64,000 nt of DNA from Vicugna vicugna (lineage: Eukaryota), in NCBI GenBank assembly GCA_013265495.1, contig MU057930.1:381599-445598 (forward strand). Direction: 5' to 3'. A model generated the notes under the pieces. The model was not told the DNA's origin and ran no database searches. It saw only the letters and a program-made list of their open reading frames with translations. A program made the position numbers and the translations under genes. Every line of letters begins with the position of its first letter. The stretch's first letter is position 1. Of this stretch, positions 25,028-37,509 are shown piece by piece.

Positions 25028-26049
25028 GTCCTCTCTCCTTCAGTTCCCTGTAAGAAAGAAAGAGGCTGATGCCAACGTAGGTAGCAGAAATTCAACTAAT
25101 TCGGTGAGTAAGTCTGCAATGAAAAAGGGCCCCCAAATCCTCACAAAACCGGTAGGCAAGGCTCATAAAGGAGCGCGCGTCCCGACTGGAAAGGCTTTAA
25201 AAACGCTCAACCCTGCCTTAAGAATGTAGAACACGGACTTTGTTAGCTGGAACGTAGGTTGGAGGATGATCAGTTTTCTGCCAGCCGGGGGGGGGGGGGG
25301 GGGGATTTCCCCCCCTGGGGGGGAAGGTTCCCAACGTTCCTCAAGGCTTGAAACGCCCCAACGCATTCCAGATCCAGGCGTGGCTGCCGAAAGCCATGTG
25401 TGACCTTGACGGATCTTGAATCTTGTAACAGCCAGCCAGTAAGCAGAGCCACATTCCAGCTGAAGGTTCTGGAATTCGTGGACCTCCCAGAGGTCACGGT
25501 GTGCGCAGCTCCTACTTGCACAAGCTCTGGATGAATTCGAGATGTGTTCCACCTAGAGGAAGCCGTGAACGCCCTCGAGACGACTCTTGGATGGAAGGAA
25601 GCCAGTCTGCAAACAACGTACCTGGGACCAGGATGTAGAAGGTAGCCTGCGGCCAGAGCTGGAGTGAGTCTATCCTGGTGGGACGTCTGCTCCAGCTCGA
25701 TGAGGAAAAGCCAGCTGGTCTTAGGTCTCTGCTTTAACTGCTGAGTCCTAATGAAAAAAAAAAAAAAGAATATAGAACATGTCTTTATCCAAAGCCAGAT
25801 GATAAGTATTTGGGGTTTTCTGCTGTGACTGTGGCTCTTACCTCTACGGCCTCACTCTGGCCCGTGGTGTGGACGTGACCCTGGAGCGCACACCGGTGAC
25901 GTCGACCCTGGCTGTCCTCCAGTAAAACCTGATTTCCAAAAACAGCCGAGAGTTTATTGAACGGACCAGAGATTCCAGATCCCTGATACAGACGGTAAAT
26001 GTCTAAAGGAAGATGTAAAATTAAGTAATAAAATATTGATATGAAATAT

Positions 26050-26880
26050 CTCCAATACATATTTTTAAAAAAATGTTTAATGGTGGTCAATACACCTAAT
26101 GAAATTGACCATCTTAACCATTTTTCGATGTACAGATCATTGGCATCACGTCCACTCACACTGTTATGCGCCCATCCCCACCGTCCATCCCCACTTCTTT
26201 TTTTTTTTTAATTTTGTTTTGAGGGAGGTAATTAGGTTGGTTTATTTATTTACTTGATGGAGGGACTGGGGATTGAACCCAGGACCTCGTGCACGCTAAG
26301 TATGCGCTCTAGCAATTGAGCTACACCCTCCCCCAAACCCACACTTCTGCTTTCTGTCTCTATGAATTTCTGATGACACCAGGGACCTCATACAAGTAGA
26401 ATCACGCAGTCTTTGTCCTTCTGTGTCTGTCTTACTTCACTTAGTGAAGTGTCCTCAAGTCTCATCCATGTTGTAGCCTGTGTCAGAACTTGCTTCCTTT
26501 TTCGTGGCTAAATAATATTCCACGATATGGATGGACCTAATTCCGTGTATATCCAATATATATATTTTTTATCCTCGCGTATTTTATTTATTTATTATTT
26601 TTTAAAATATATCTTTTAATTGATGTCTAGTCAGTTAACACAATATTGTGTCAATTTCTAGCGTACAGCACAATGCTTCAGTCACACAGGAACATACATA
26701 TATTTGTTTTAATATGCTTTTTCACCATCAGTTACTACAAGATATTGAATAAGGTTCCCTGTGCTCTACAGTATAAACTTCTTGTTTGTTTATTTTATGG
26801 CTAGTAGTTAGTATCTGCAAATCTCGAGCTCCCAATTTACCCCTTCCCACCATGGTAACTATAAGTTTATCCCATATATT
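26050..26880 (-). mobile_element. Nested L1 3' fragments
   Basis: catccatgttgtagcctgtgtcagaa...; tattgaataaggttccctgtgctctacag. Confidence 0.8.
26197..26334 (-). mobile_element. tRNA-derived SINE inserted in an older L1 fragment
   Basis: ggggattgaacccaggacctcgtgc...gagctacaccctcccc. Confidence 0.85.
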
Positions 26881-28970
26881 TTAAATGGAAAAAAAAAAAA
26901 AGAGGCAGGAGAAAGTGTGGGTTGGGCTCCTACGTGTGCAAAACAGTAAGAGGAGATGGAGAAAGGACACGTCTATTTGCTTGTCTACAGAATGACCTGG
27001 TGACAACAGCTGCTTCCTGCACAACAGGGACAGCCTTTTCCCCTGTGGTAAGAGGCTCAGACCTCTGGTTCACGTTCTAGCTCTGTGTCCCCTGGAGACT
27101 CAGTAAAGGTAGTGTGTCCCCGGGCACCTGGACAATTAGCCCTCCTGAGTCTCACCGTGTCCCGTCAGGGCTGCTCCCTGGGAAAGCACAGGCTGGCTCC
27201 TCGCTGGCTGGCTGCACGTCCAAGGGCACGGGCTGCTGTGTGGAGGCCCTGTCCTTGTCCCTCTGAGCCAGCCTGGTGTTTGCGGATCTTTCTCTGCACG
27301 TCAGCCCTTGGCCACAAGGCAGGGGACAGGTTCTTTCCAGGCTCCCCGGCCAGCTCAGGGTATGTGCCACGCCACCGCCAGCTGTATGCTCCTCAGCTCA
27401 AGGGCAGGGCGATGCACCTGTGGTGGCCCGGTGGCCAGGCGTGCGGTTGGGATGGGGCTTGGGCAGCAAAAAAACCCCACGGGACACGTTCACTCGGTCC
27501 CCTATATGCTGTCAGTGCCTCCGTAGGAGGGACATTTTCACTTGGGATCAAGGCCGAGGGTCTCCCTCACTCGTGGTGAGACCTGCTGTGACAGAGCAAG
27601 GTCTGGAACCAAGGTCCAGGAGCCACCCAGGTCGGTGCCTGTTCTTTGCTTCTGGTGGGCTGTGGACGGGGGTGACGGTGATTGTGGCCGTTCGCTTTCT
27701 GTATCATCCGAAGCCCTGAGTTTGCATGAGGGCTCATTTGTGATGTTGAACAGCCCACAGATGGACAAGGTGTAATGACATGATATGTACCTCTCGTGAG
27801 AGTGTCATCCAGGGCCCCCAAAGTCTTCCGTGCATCACCTGTTCATTCCTCCCCAGCCCGAGCCCCCGACAGCCACTGGTCCTTGCACTGTGTCCATAGC
27901 TTTTTTTCCCAGATTGTCGCAGAGTCGGAATCCCACAGGACGCGTACCATCGGCGAAACCACTCACTGATGGCGGGACGGAACACTGGGCAGGGGGAGAG
28001 AGGGGCTACCTGACCTGCTGTAACAGGTAGATGGCTGTGATGGCGCGTCCCAGAGCGAGCCGGGGAGGCAGGCTGCAAGTGCTTGCTTTTCATGTAATTG
28101 ACAAGCACCCTGCCCTCAGTATGGTCCATGGTGCAACTTTTGGCTACAAGTTACCACCTCCTGGGAGATCTATAGGAGCGTTTTTTTAAAAGATATACTT
28201 AGATATGAAATGATACACATTTATAATACTATAATATACATTTATAATATAATAATATACATTTATAATATAATATAATTACATTTATAATATATTTATA
28301 ATATAGTATATTTATAATATTAATAATATACATTTATAATACAATACCTTTATAATACGTATGCATAGAAATATGTAACCCACAGTATACATGTATTACA
28401 TAAAAATGTATAATTTGGTGTAAAATAGATACAATAATTTTGCTTTGTATCTATTTTAATCTTTTTTTGTTTTCTTCCAGAAAAAGTGGATTACAGGCTA
28501 CTTCTGACTCTTCTGGGGAATGTGACTCCTTGTATTTGTCCCACCTGAGTGAGCAGATTCTTTATATAAGCCATTCAGTCCAGGTTGCATGATCAGATGA
28601 GATTTGGTTTTATCCCGTCTCTGCCTTCCCTCTTAAGCGATGTGCTCTGTAAATTTAGCTACACCCAAGGCGCGTCTTTTTCTGTTGCCATGAAAGGCAG
28701 TATCTTATCCCTTCAAACACTGCCTGATTTTCTTCCTCTTGGCTCCTTGCTGCCAGAGAAAACTTTTGGTAAGAAAGATACCAAGCAAGCGTAGCGGGTT
28801 AGGGGGTGGTTCCCAGGGGGGTGGGAGGCTGGGGCAATGGGAAGATGTGTAAGGGTGCAAACTTGCCACCCAGAGATGAAGACGTTCTGCAGAGCTAACG
28901 CACAACACGGGCGATTGCTGCTGTGACATGAGTGTCAAAGCTGCTAAGAGACGAGATCTTAGCTGTTCGC

Positions 28971-29007
<37 letters not shown>

Positions 29008-29544
29008 CGCAATGGCAATTATGTGACGTGCGACTGGTGTTAGGTAACCCTGGTGTTGCAATCACGCTGCAACATATAAGTGCATCAAACAGACACTCTG
29101 TACACCTCAAACTTTCACAAGGTTACCTGCTAATTATCATCCCAAGTTTTAAAGAGATACAGAAAAAGAGGAAGAAAGAGTTTCGAGGAAGAATGGCACC
29201 TAAGTGAGCCTTTGATTCTCTTCCAGGGGAGAGAGATCTGCTCCCCATGGCGGACCCCGTCTCCGGCTCCTGGCTGCCCTCCAGAGCGCAGGCAGTAGGC
29301 CCGATTCGTCCACGACTCTCGGGCTCTGTTCCCAGACCCAGTTCAGTGTTTGATCTCTGCATCTCTTGAACTTCCTGTCCGCACACTGCAAAATCTCTTA
29401 GCATCTGGAGTAATTCTATTTGCCCCTCTTTCTCTAGTTCGATTAAATTCTGCATTTCTTTTAGAAATCACCCGACGCAAAGTTTGTCATGGATATCTTT
29501 GCTTTCCCTTTTTTTTTTTTTTTTAAGGAAAATTGCCTCTAAAC

Positions 29545-29790
29545 CGTGTCCAGATGCCACAGCGTGCCAGGCAGCGTGCGTGCCCAGGACGGCCGCCCAG
29601 GGTCACTGGCCAGCCGGCAGCTGACGCCCCAGCAGCTCAAGAGAAGCGGGTTACCTGAGTGGTGCGCTCGGGCCAGGCCGGCGGCGGGTCAGCGGGTGGC
29701 TGCTCGCACGGGGGCCGGCCCTCTCGCTCCTCGGCCCGGGAGCCACGGCCCTTGCTCTGAGCAGCAGCCCTCAGTCTGGTCCACGCATGT
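29545..29790 (-). promoter_or_regulatory. Small CpG island with a probable non-coding first exon of ARSL (donor at 29655)
   Basis: CpG-rich patch upstream of ARSL with a minus-strand donor CAG|gtaacc. Confidence 0.6.
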
Positions 29791-30399
29791 GCGGGCTGAT
29801 TCACTCCTCAGAGCGACAGGAGTTGTGCAGAATCCAAGTTAGGCTGCTCGGAGCAGGGGAGGGAAGTGCCTGGCGTCTGCTGTCTGCCCTTTTCAGGTTT
29901 CTACAGAGGACCTTCTGTTCTCACTTACGAAACGCATCACTTGCTGGGGGCAGGGGAGGAGGGGGACCCAACAGCTCTTACTACAAACAGTGACTCCTTC
30001 ACTTTCAAGTGGGCTGACACCCGCCTTGTCTTTGATCCCTCACTGGGAGCATTTGCTGGTTCTCTCCCAAAGCGGGGAAGCGGCTGCCTTGAAAATCCCT
30101 CTTGAACTGTCCTTAAATGTCGTATTTCCTCCTACTGCCTGCTGCCCCCAGCTCTGGCATCCGTGTCCGAAATAAAAAGAAGACAAAACGGCTCCGATAG
30201 CCTGCAATTGCTTCTCTGTGCAACTAACATTTAACTACCCGAGGACTGTTCTATGTTGTGCAAACTCCTTTTCGGTTTTATGCCAATTTTTTCTTTCCTT
30301 TTCTGTTTGCTGGGGAACCCATTTTCCCAGATGGTAGCAGCAATCTATATGTCAACTGACATCCTATGTAAGAACGATTATTCTCTTTTTCTTTTAAAT

Positions 30400-31030
30400 G
30401 CATTTTTTCATTGAGTTATAGTCCGTTGGCAATGTTGTGTCAATTTCTGGCGCACAGCACACTGCTTCAGTCAGACAGGAACGTGCATATATTTGTTTCC
30501 ATGTTTGTTTTCACCATAAGTTACGGCAAGATATTGAATAGAGTTCCCTGTGCTGTACAGTAGAAACTTGCTGTTAAGAATGATTCTTTTGAGACGCGTC
30601 TAGGTGTCGAATAATATGAAAATGTTCATCCAACATCACTTATATGTGGGATGTATTTTTTTTAAAAAAGATGCAAATGAACTTATTTACAAAACAGAAA
30701 CAGACTCAGATATAGAGAATAAACTTTTGGTTACCAGGGGCAAAGACAGTGGGAAAGTATAAACTGGGAGTTCAAGATTTACAGATACACACTACTAAAT
30801 ATATATATATATGTATATATATAGTATATAAAATAATATATATAATGTATATATGTATATAAAATAAACAACAAGGTCTTACTGTACAGCACAGGGAACT
30901 ACATTCATCATCTCATACTAACCGATCATAGAAAAAAAGGAGTGCATCAAACCCTTGAATTATCTGCTTCTCAACGGTTACAATGATCAATTTTGTGTTG
31001 TGTGGATTTTACTACAATGAAAGAAATGGA
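30400..31030. mobile_element. L1 3'UTR fragments in both orientations
   Basis: gttccctgtgctgtacag (minus) and caaatgaacttatttacaaaacagaaacagactc (plus). Confidence 0.8.
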
Positions 31031-32350
31031 AAACAGAAACTGGGGATTAAAAAAAAAAATGTGTGTTTTAGAACAGAACAAGTCAGTCTGTCACCTGCCT
31101 TCAATTCCACTTCGGGTAAATTCTCTGATCCGTCGCGGTGGTTGACGCGAGCTCGTCCGCTTGACCGCTCTCAGCCACCCAGAGGGGACGGGGGTTGGAT
31201 GTGACCCTTTCCCTGAATGAGCCCGTCAGGGCACCTTTCGCCCCGAGGGTCTCGGAATGCCGTGGGTCTCCTTCGCCCCTGGGCACCGTGATCCCTCCCC
31301 AGACCGCAGACCCAGCTGTCCATCTGGACACAGCCCGCAAACTGGCGATCAGAGCTTCACTGAGCTGTAAGGGAAGACGCCATCAAATGGTAAAATCGGA
31401 TGGATCTTTCCACAGAAGCCGTCTATTTTGGATCTGTGAATGATGTCAATCTGGCAGCGGGGTCACTGCTAGGCCGCTTCTGGTGGTAATCATTTTTTTG
31501 TTTCACTCTTGCAAGCACGGCGGTCCTGGAGGTGGGCCATGAACAGCAGGACTTGCAAACAGTGCCGGGCCATGGTGCTTTGCAGCTCTGTGACTTTAAG
31601 GCGGTTGCATAACCTCTCTGGTTCCCAGCTTCCTCACTGGCAGAATGGGACATGAGTGGCCACTGGGGGATCATGTGGGGATTACAGATAAAACAGGACA
31701 GGGTGGGGTTGACATGGAGGAACACCGAAGGGCCGCTGGATATTCTTTGTAGCTGAGAAATCGCAGGGAAAAAAAAGAAATCTCTTCTTTCTTTCATGGG
31801 GAAATCTCCGGATTTAGCGCCTCCCCGGTGACAAATTTTTCGGCTGCACTGAACATGGATCTCTGTGTGTTTTGGTCTGGAGTCATTTGGGGGCTCTAAG
31901 ATGATAGGCAGCTGTGTGCATTTATAACTCGCATCATTATTCCCCCCCAGGGGAAGCGCTGACTTATCTGTGGGTGTGACGAGGAAGATGACGTCCTGTC
32001 CGCCGCGTGCTGAGCAGAGAGGGTCTGCTGGGCGGCGGCCGATCACACACGGTGACCACAGAGGTCTCGGCTGACTCACTCGTTTCATCGGGGTGGAACT
32101 TCCTGCCCTCCCCCACTTTTCTTGGAAACCCTTAGACTTTGGGTCTTCTATCAAGTCACGCCCAGGAGCTCAGTGAAACAAAAGTGGATCCGTACACCCG
32201 TACACCTGGAGTGGAGCGCTCTGTTTTATCATGGTTGTTATATAATTGTGTCCTTCTTCGATCAAAATGACAGACCAAGGAGAAGATGAGAAGCAGCACG
32301 TCCAATGTCAGTGGTTTTACAAGTTGACTTTGGAAACTTCCACTTGTGTT

Positions 32351-32508
32351 GGGGAGGGTGAAGCTCCGGGGTAGAGTGTGTGCTTGGCATGTATGAGGTC
32401 CTGGGTTCAATCCCCAGTCCTTCGATTAAATAAGTAAGTGAATGAATCAATGAATGAATAAACAAACCTAATTATCTCCCCCTCCAAACAAAAAAGAAAG
32501 AAAGAAAG
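32351..32508 (+). mobile_element. tRNA-derived SINE with TSD aaa(c/g)ttccacttgt
   Basis: Consensus head, A-rich tail and flanking direct repeat. Confidence 0.85.
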
Positions 32509-32646
32509 TTCCACTTGTATGTGCTAAACCCACTTTTTAAAACAAAGTTATAATTAGAGGAATTTGGCCAGTTTCTTGTTTCTCACAATGGAGAAGATGA
32601 ACATTTTTCAAATCAGAGGAGAAGATAAACAAAAATAAAGCTACAA

Positions 32647-32966
32647 TTCCGCATATGTGGAATCTAAAAAACAAAAACAAAGCTTAAATACAGGACAGAA
32701 ATAGACTCACAGACAGAGAATACAGACTTGTGGCTGCCAGGGGGGTGGAGGGTGGGAAGGGATAGACGGGATTTCAAAATTGTAGAGTAGATAAACGAGA
32801 TTACACTGTATGGCACAGGGAGATATACACAAAATGTTATGATAACTCACAGAGAAAAAAATGTGACAATGAGTGAGTATATGTCCATGAATGACTGCAA
32901 AATTGTGCTGAACGCTGGAATTTGACACAAGATTCTAAAATGATTATAAATCAATAAAAATGTTAA
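32647..32966 (+). mobile_element. 5'-truncated young L1 3'UTR with a 16-bp TSD (aaaaataaagctacaa)
   Basis: L1 3'UTR motifs, AATAAA and poly-A; direct repeats at about 32631-32646 and 32967-32982. Confidence 0.88.
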
Positions 32967-35129
32967 AAAAATAAAGCTACAAGAGAGTGGATATGTTTTT
33001 TGTTAAACATGCCACAGACACGTGTTGGAGGTGAGTATTGTCATGTCGATTGCCACAGGAGGAAAATGACTTCCGTCATATTTAAGCAACTGCCTGAGAC
33101 TGTGCACATGTTCCTTGGAGAGCAAGGCCTGAAGTTCCATCTCTTTTCAAGGCAGCTAAACGGCACTGGGTGTGTGATGGTGTCAGATTGCCAAGCATTA
33201 TCTGTTTCTCTTTGCTTTACTTCATCCCCTCCTGGGAGAATGGCAGAAGTTCTTGGCCTTCCTGGCACATTGTGAATACTGAAGTTTACACATAAAACTG
33301 TCATGCCAGTGTTTTAAATACTGTCAGTTGCATGTGATTGCTAGCATTTTGAAACCTAATCTCATCAACGTAAAAAAGAAATCTGAAAAAACATCTCTCC
33401 TTTAACAGTCAGAAATTTTAAACAGCTTCTTTTCCCCCTCTGTGAATTTCGTTTCTCTTTGGCAGTTTATCACCTCCGCAGAATTTTCTCCAAATATTTT
33501 TAGCTTGAAATTCTTCCAGAAGTCCCTTTAGCATACTTTGCCACAGCTGAAAAATATTTTAAAATTATTCTGTATTGCTTCTTATGATTATAAATGTTAA
33601 AACAATGTTTCTGGTTAAGAGGGTTATCAATACCATTATTAAAGGTGTACAATTTATCAAAATGCACATAAACTGTTACCACTGGGGAAAGCGGTTGGAG
33701 GAGGGGTATGATAGGGGTGGAGAATTAAGATGTACCAACGACTATGTATAAAATAAATAAGCTACAAGGATACATTGTCTGACACAGGGAATACGGCCAA
33801 TATTTTATAATAACTATAAATGGAGCATAATCTATAAAAGTATTGAATCATGATGGTTTACACCTGAAACTAACATAATATTGTAAATCAACTATAATTC
33901 AGTTAAATATATATATATATATGTCTGTATCAATTTTGCTAGTTAGTATAAGCAAAACCTCTTTTACTGTCTTGAAGTTGCTTGTCTGAACAATTAATCA
34001 TCTGTTACCTAATGACTGCTCCCTTCACTTCTAAGGAGGGTGCGCCAGCCTGGCGCTGTTGTCACTGTGGATGATTTACATAGCCCTCCGTATCTGATCA
34101 TGGTGAAAAATGAGGACACTACACCCTTTTAAGGGGAGGGAGCTCCTGAATTTTTATGCAATGTGGCTGTTACAGAGCAAGTGAAGTGACACAAGACAAG
34201 CCACTTGTATGTGCTAAACCCACTTTTTAAAACAAATGAGAGTGTCATTTTTATAACACCCATAAAGTTTCTGAACATGGAGAGGTTAAGGTTAGGACAA
34301 CCCCAGCTCATGGAAAGTAACCCACTGGTTACAATCAAACACTGTGTCCTGTTACAAGGTAACACCTTATTTCAGAATCAGCACGTTCAAGGAAACGCAA
34401 ACTTTCGTAAGGCAGGCACCCGATCAGTCTCCTTGAGAAAACTTCATCTTCACTGGGTCCACCTACTCAGCGTGATAGCGCGTCTTTGCATGTGCTCCAC
34501 GTTCTGTTGAAAAAAAATCAGAAAGCCACACTGCAGGGGTATATTTCTCACGCTTCCGTCTCCTTCAGGGGTAGTAGCCAAATGCCAAATCTGACCCGTC
34601 TAGGTGAAAGTCAGATGTCACAAAATGTCGCGTGCCCACAACCGCTGGCTTGGAAGACAGGGCATTTCCAATCATGATTACCGACAGGCTTGTATGTGAC
34701 TGATGCAACTCAAGAAACATCGCTCCAGCGATGGCCAAAGTCTTGTTCCTTTTCATTGCATCTTGTCTTCCGATAGGTTCTTCTCTGGGTTTTAAGATGG
34801 TGTTAACTGCAGCATCGTGAGGTTACAGTGTTCAGTCAACATGGTTCACGAGATAGCATTAATCAAAACCTGAAAAAAGAGCCACAATTGCTTGCATTTG
34901 TAACGTAAAATGGCAGCCGGCAACGGCAGGACATATTAAGATCGGCAAACCCCGTTGAAACAAACTACTTAGAGCTGGATACTGCAAGGCCTCGCCATGA
35001 GCACGGGAGTGAAAAAGCTTTCTGGGATGTGCGTGAGGACCCTGAGCGAGACTCACCCCGCCAGGGAACGTGAGAACTGCACGGAGTCCTGGCAGCTGGA
35101 AGGAGAGAAAGTCAGGGAACATGCTGACA

Positions 35130-35830
35130 AGATTTCACACCTGTTTCTTACGGAGCTGCCATGGGGCTCTGTATTTAAGACACTTTTATCTTTTCTGTTG
35201 TATTGTTCAGCAAGAAAACTCATACACCCTTTAGTAGTTCTCATTCTGGAGAACAGCTTCCAACTTTTTTGACACCTCCTTTTGGCGTTTTTATACAACT
35301 CAGGTGCAGTGTGTCCCTCCAAGGAGGTTGACCCGGGGACACCTGTGTCTTTGGCCTGATGCTCCAGGACTTGGCATCTAGAATTCACAGAACCACCCAG
35401 AGACACCTTTCATAGAACATCTCATCTCAAGAAGCAATGTTCTGGTGAAAAAGGTCTCCGTAGTGAGAATATATACAGATCATCTGCAGAGCCAGCTGGC
35501 TGCCTTCTTGAGCTGAGTGTTCATGAATTTCCCTTGTGTGCAGAATCATAATGTCTTGGGGTCTTTTATGCCCACATCTTAATTCCTAATGCCAGGTTAT
35601 GGCTTGTCTTGTGTCACTTCACTTGCTCTGTAACAGCAATCCACGTGGGGCGTGGCATTGACATACTGGACACCCACCCCCTCCCAGATTATCCCCACGA
35701 TCTGTCTTGCTGGACGTAATTCAGAAACAACCCCGGGGTCAGGGAGGAGATACTGTATTTCATCTCCTCTATTTAGGGACACAGATCACCCCAAGGCAGT
35801 ACCGAAGACCACACAATCAGCAAACTGCAA
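35130..35830 (-). repeat. Inverted repeat, left arm (identical core 35338-35730)
   Basis: Reverse complement of about 37510-38220; the ORF track shows the same peptides on opposite strands. Confidence 0.95.
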
Positions 35831-36039
35831 TGTCAGATTCAAAGAAACCACCCATTCTTGGGAAAGCCAGCCTTCCTTTGAACCCGATGAATCATTTTAG
35901 TAGGATTTGCAGCTAAGAACACTCAGTCCCCACCAGGAAGGTGGAAGGTATTTTCCTGAATGCAATTATAATTTTTTTTTCTTTGCTGGACTTGCAGAAA
36001 AGATACTAATTAGGAATGCAAATTGCTCCATTTGCACCT

Positions 36040-36185
36040 CGTTAAACAGGAACTGTCTCGGGCAGCAGTGCACGACAGCACGAACCACTTCTCAGGGTGC
36101 GGACTGGTGGTACCAGCAAGGCTAACCCGGGTGCCTGTGTGAAGACCCAAAATCCTACGCCTTGGGGAGACACCACTGCAGCCGG
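36040..36185 (+). promoter_or_regulatory. Putative ARSF promoter / non-coding first exon (5' boundary uncertain)
   Basis: Mildly CpG-enriched stretch ending in a consensus donor CGG|gtgagt about 650 nt upstream of the ATG exon. Confidence 0.45.
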
Positions 36186-36908
36186 GTGAGTTGAGGATGG
36201 CTACGGATACACACATTCTGAGCTCTTTTTTTTTTTTTTCTTTTCTCTGTTGCCATGGGCCGAATTCCTGAGCGTGGGATTTTGAAGGCTTTTTGGTTGA
36301 CTATCTTTTTTTTCTCTTCTAAGAATTCAGTGAATCAGGTTACACATGGGGAAACTGATTCCAAATCAACTTTTGAGTCAGTTTCTCTCCTTTCTCCTTC
36401 CTTCCCTTCCCTTCCTTCCTTCATTTCTTTCTTCCTTTCTCTTGCGTAGCCAATAACTATTTTTTTCTGGGTAGTCTCTGCTTTTAAGCAAAAGTGACTG
36501 ATGGAGGAGGAGATTCATATGATGTTCTTAGCATTATTTTAAAGTTCAAATATGGGTAACCCTTTGCAAAAGGAAGATGGGTCTTTCTATCTTTCTTCCA
36601 TTCTTTCTTCCTTCCTTTCTTTCTTTCCTTCATTCTCTTCCTTCCTTCCTTCCTTTCATTCTTGTTAATTGCAATGAAGTTTGCTGTTGTATGATTCTGT
36701 CATCATACGTCCCCCACCCCCTCCATTCCCAATTATATACAATGGTCCACTACCCTGAAATCCCCATGCAGTGGTCAAGATTTGGGCTGATGCAAAATCA
36801 AAAAAGTGAACATCTTCAAGTCATTGTCTCTTTTCAGGAGATCCAGATTCATCCCATCTAGGATCTTAGATCTCTGGCCATAAAGACCAGGAAGCTACTC
36901 AGACAGAC

Positions 36909-36922
36909 ATGATGAAACTCAG
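36909..36922 (+). CDS. ARSF: Arylsulfatase F, coding exon 1 (MMKL-R); whole exon about 36838-36922
   Basis: Acceptor ctcttttcag|, ATGATGAAACTCAG|gtaaga; phase 2 joins 38839 in frame; comparable to the short human ARSF start MRPR. Confidence 0.72.
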
Positions 36923-37080
36923 GTAAGAAAATCAGACGTTTATACGGTGAATGTGTTGACTATGACGGACAGTTCTGAGACACAAGATGCCTCAACTGGT
37001 GCTCTGCAGTCAACGGGCCTGTAATAAAGAAAGGTAGCAGACATTTTCGCCATGGATACGAATATGAATGGCACATTCCT

Positions 37081-37240
37081 TTTTTTTTTTAAAGAAATTT
37101 ATTTATTGTTTGTTTGTGTTTGCTTTGTGGGGAGATAATTAGGTTTATTTATTTATTTTTTAATGCAGGTACCGGGGACTGAACCCAGGACCTTGTGCAC
37201 GCCAAGCACGCACTCTACCACCGAGCTACACCCTCCCCCC
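37081..37240 (-). mobile_element. tRNA-derived SINE
   Basis: Reverse consensus; flanked by ggcacatt repeats. Confidence 0.85.
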
Positions 37241-37509
37241 ATAAACGGCACATTTCAAACACAGCTTTCTTATGTTAAAATAGCATCAAAACACCGATTC
37301 CACTGACTCTGGGCAGGTGGAAATCCTTTCTGTAATTATTGGTGATTTGGCAACAGGAAAAGTCCTGGGGAAAAACGACTGGGTGGATCAAAGGGGTGCC
37401 ACCTTGCATGGGTAGCGTTGTTTTGGGGGAAGGAGAAAGGCTGGCAGGGGGAATATTTGAGGTACGCGTTTGAAATAGGAATAAAGAGGAGATGGAGGCT
37501 GAACCCCAG

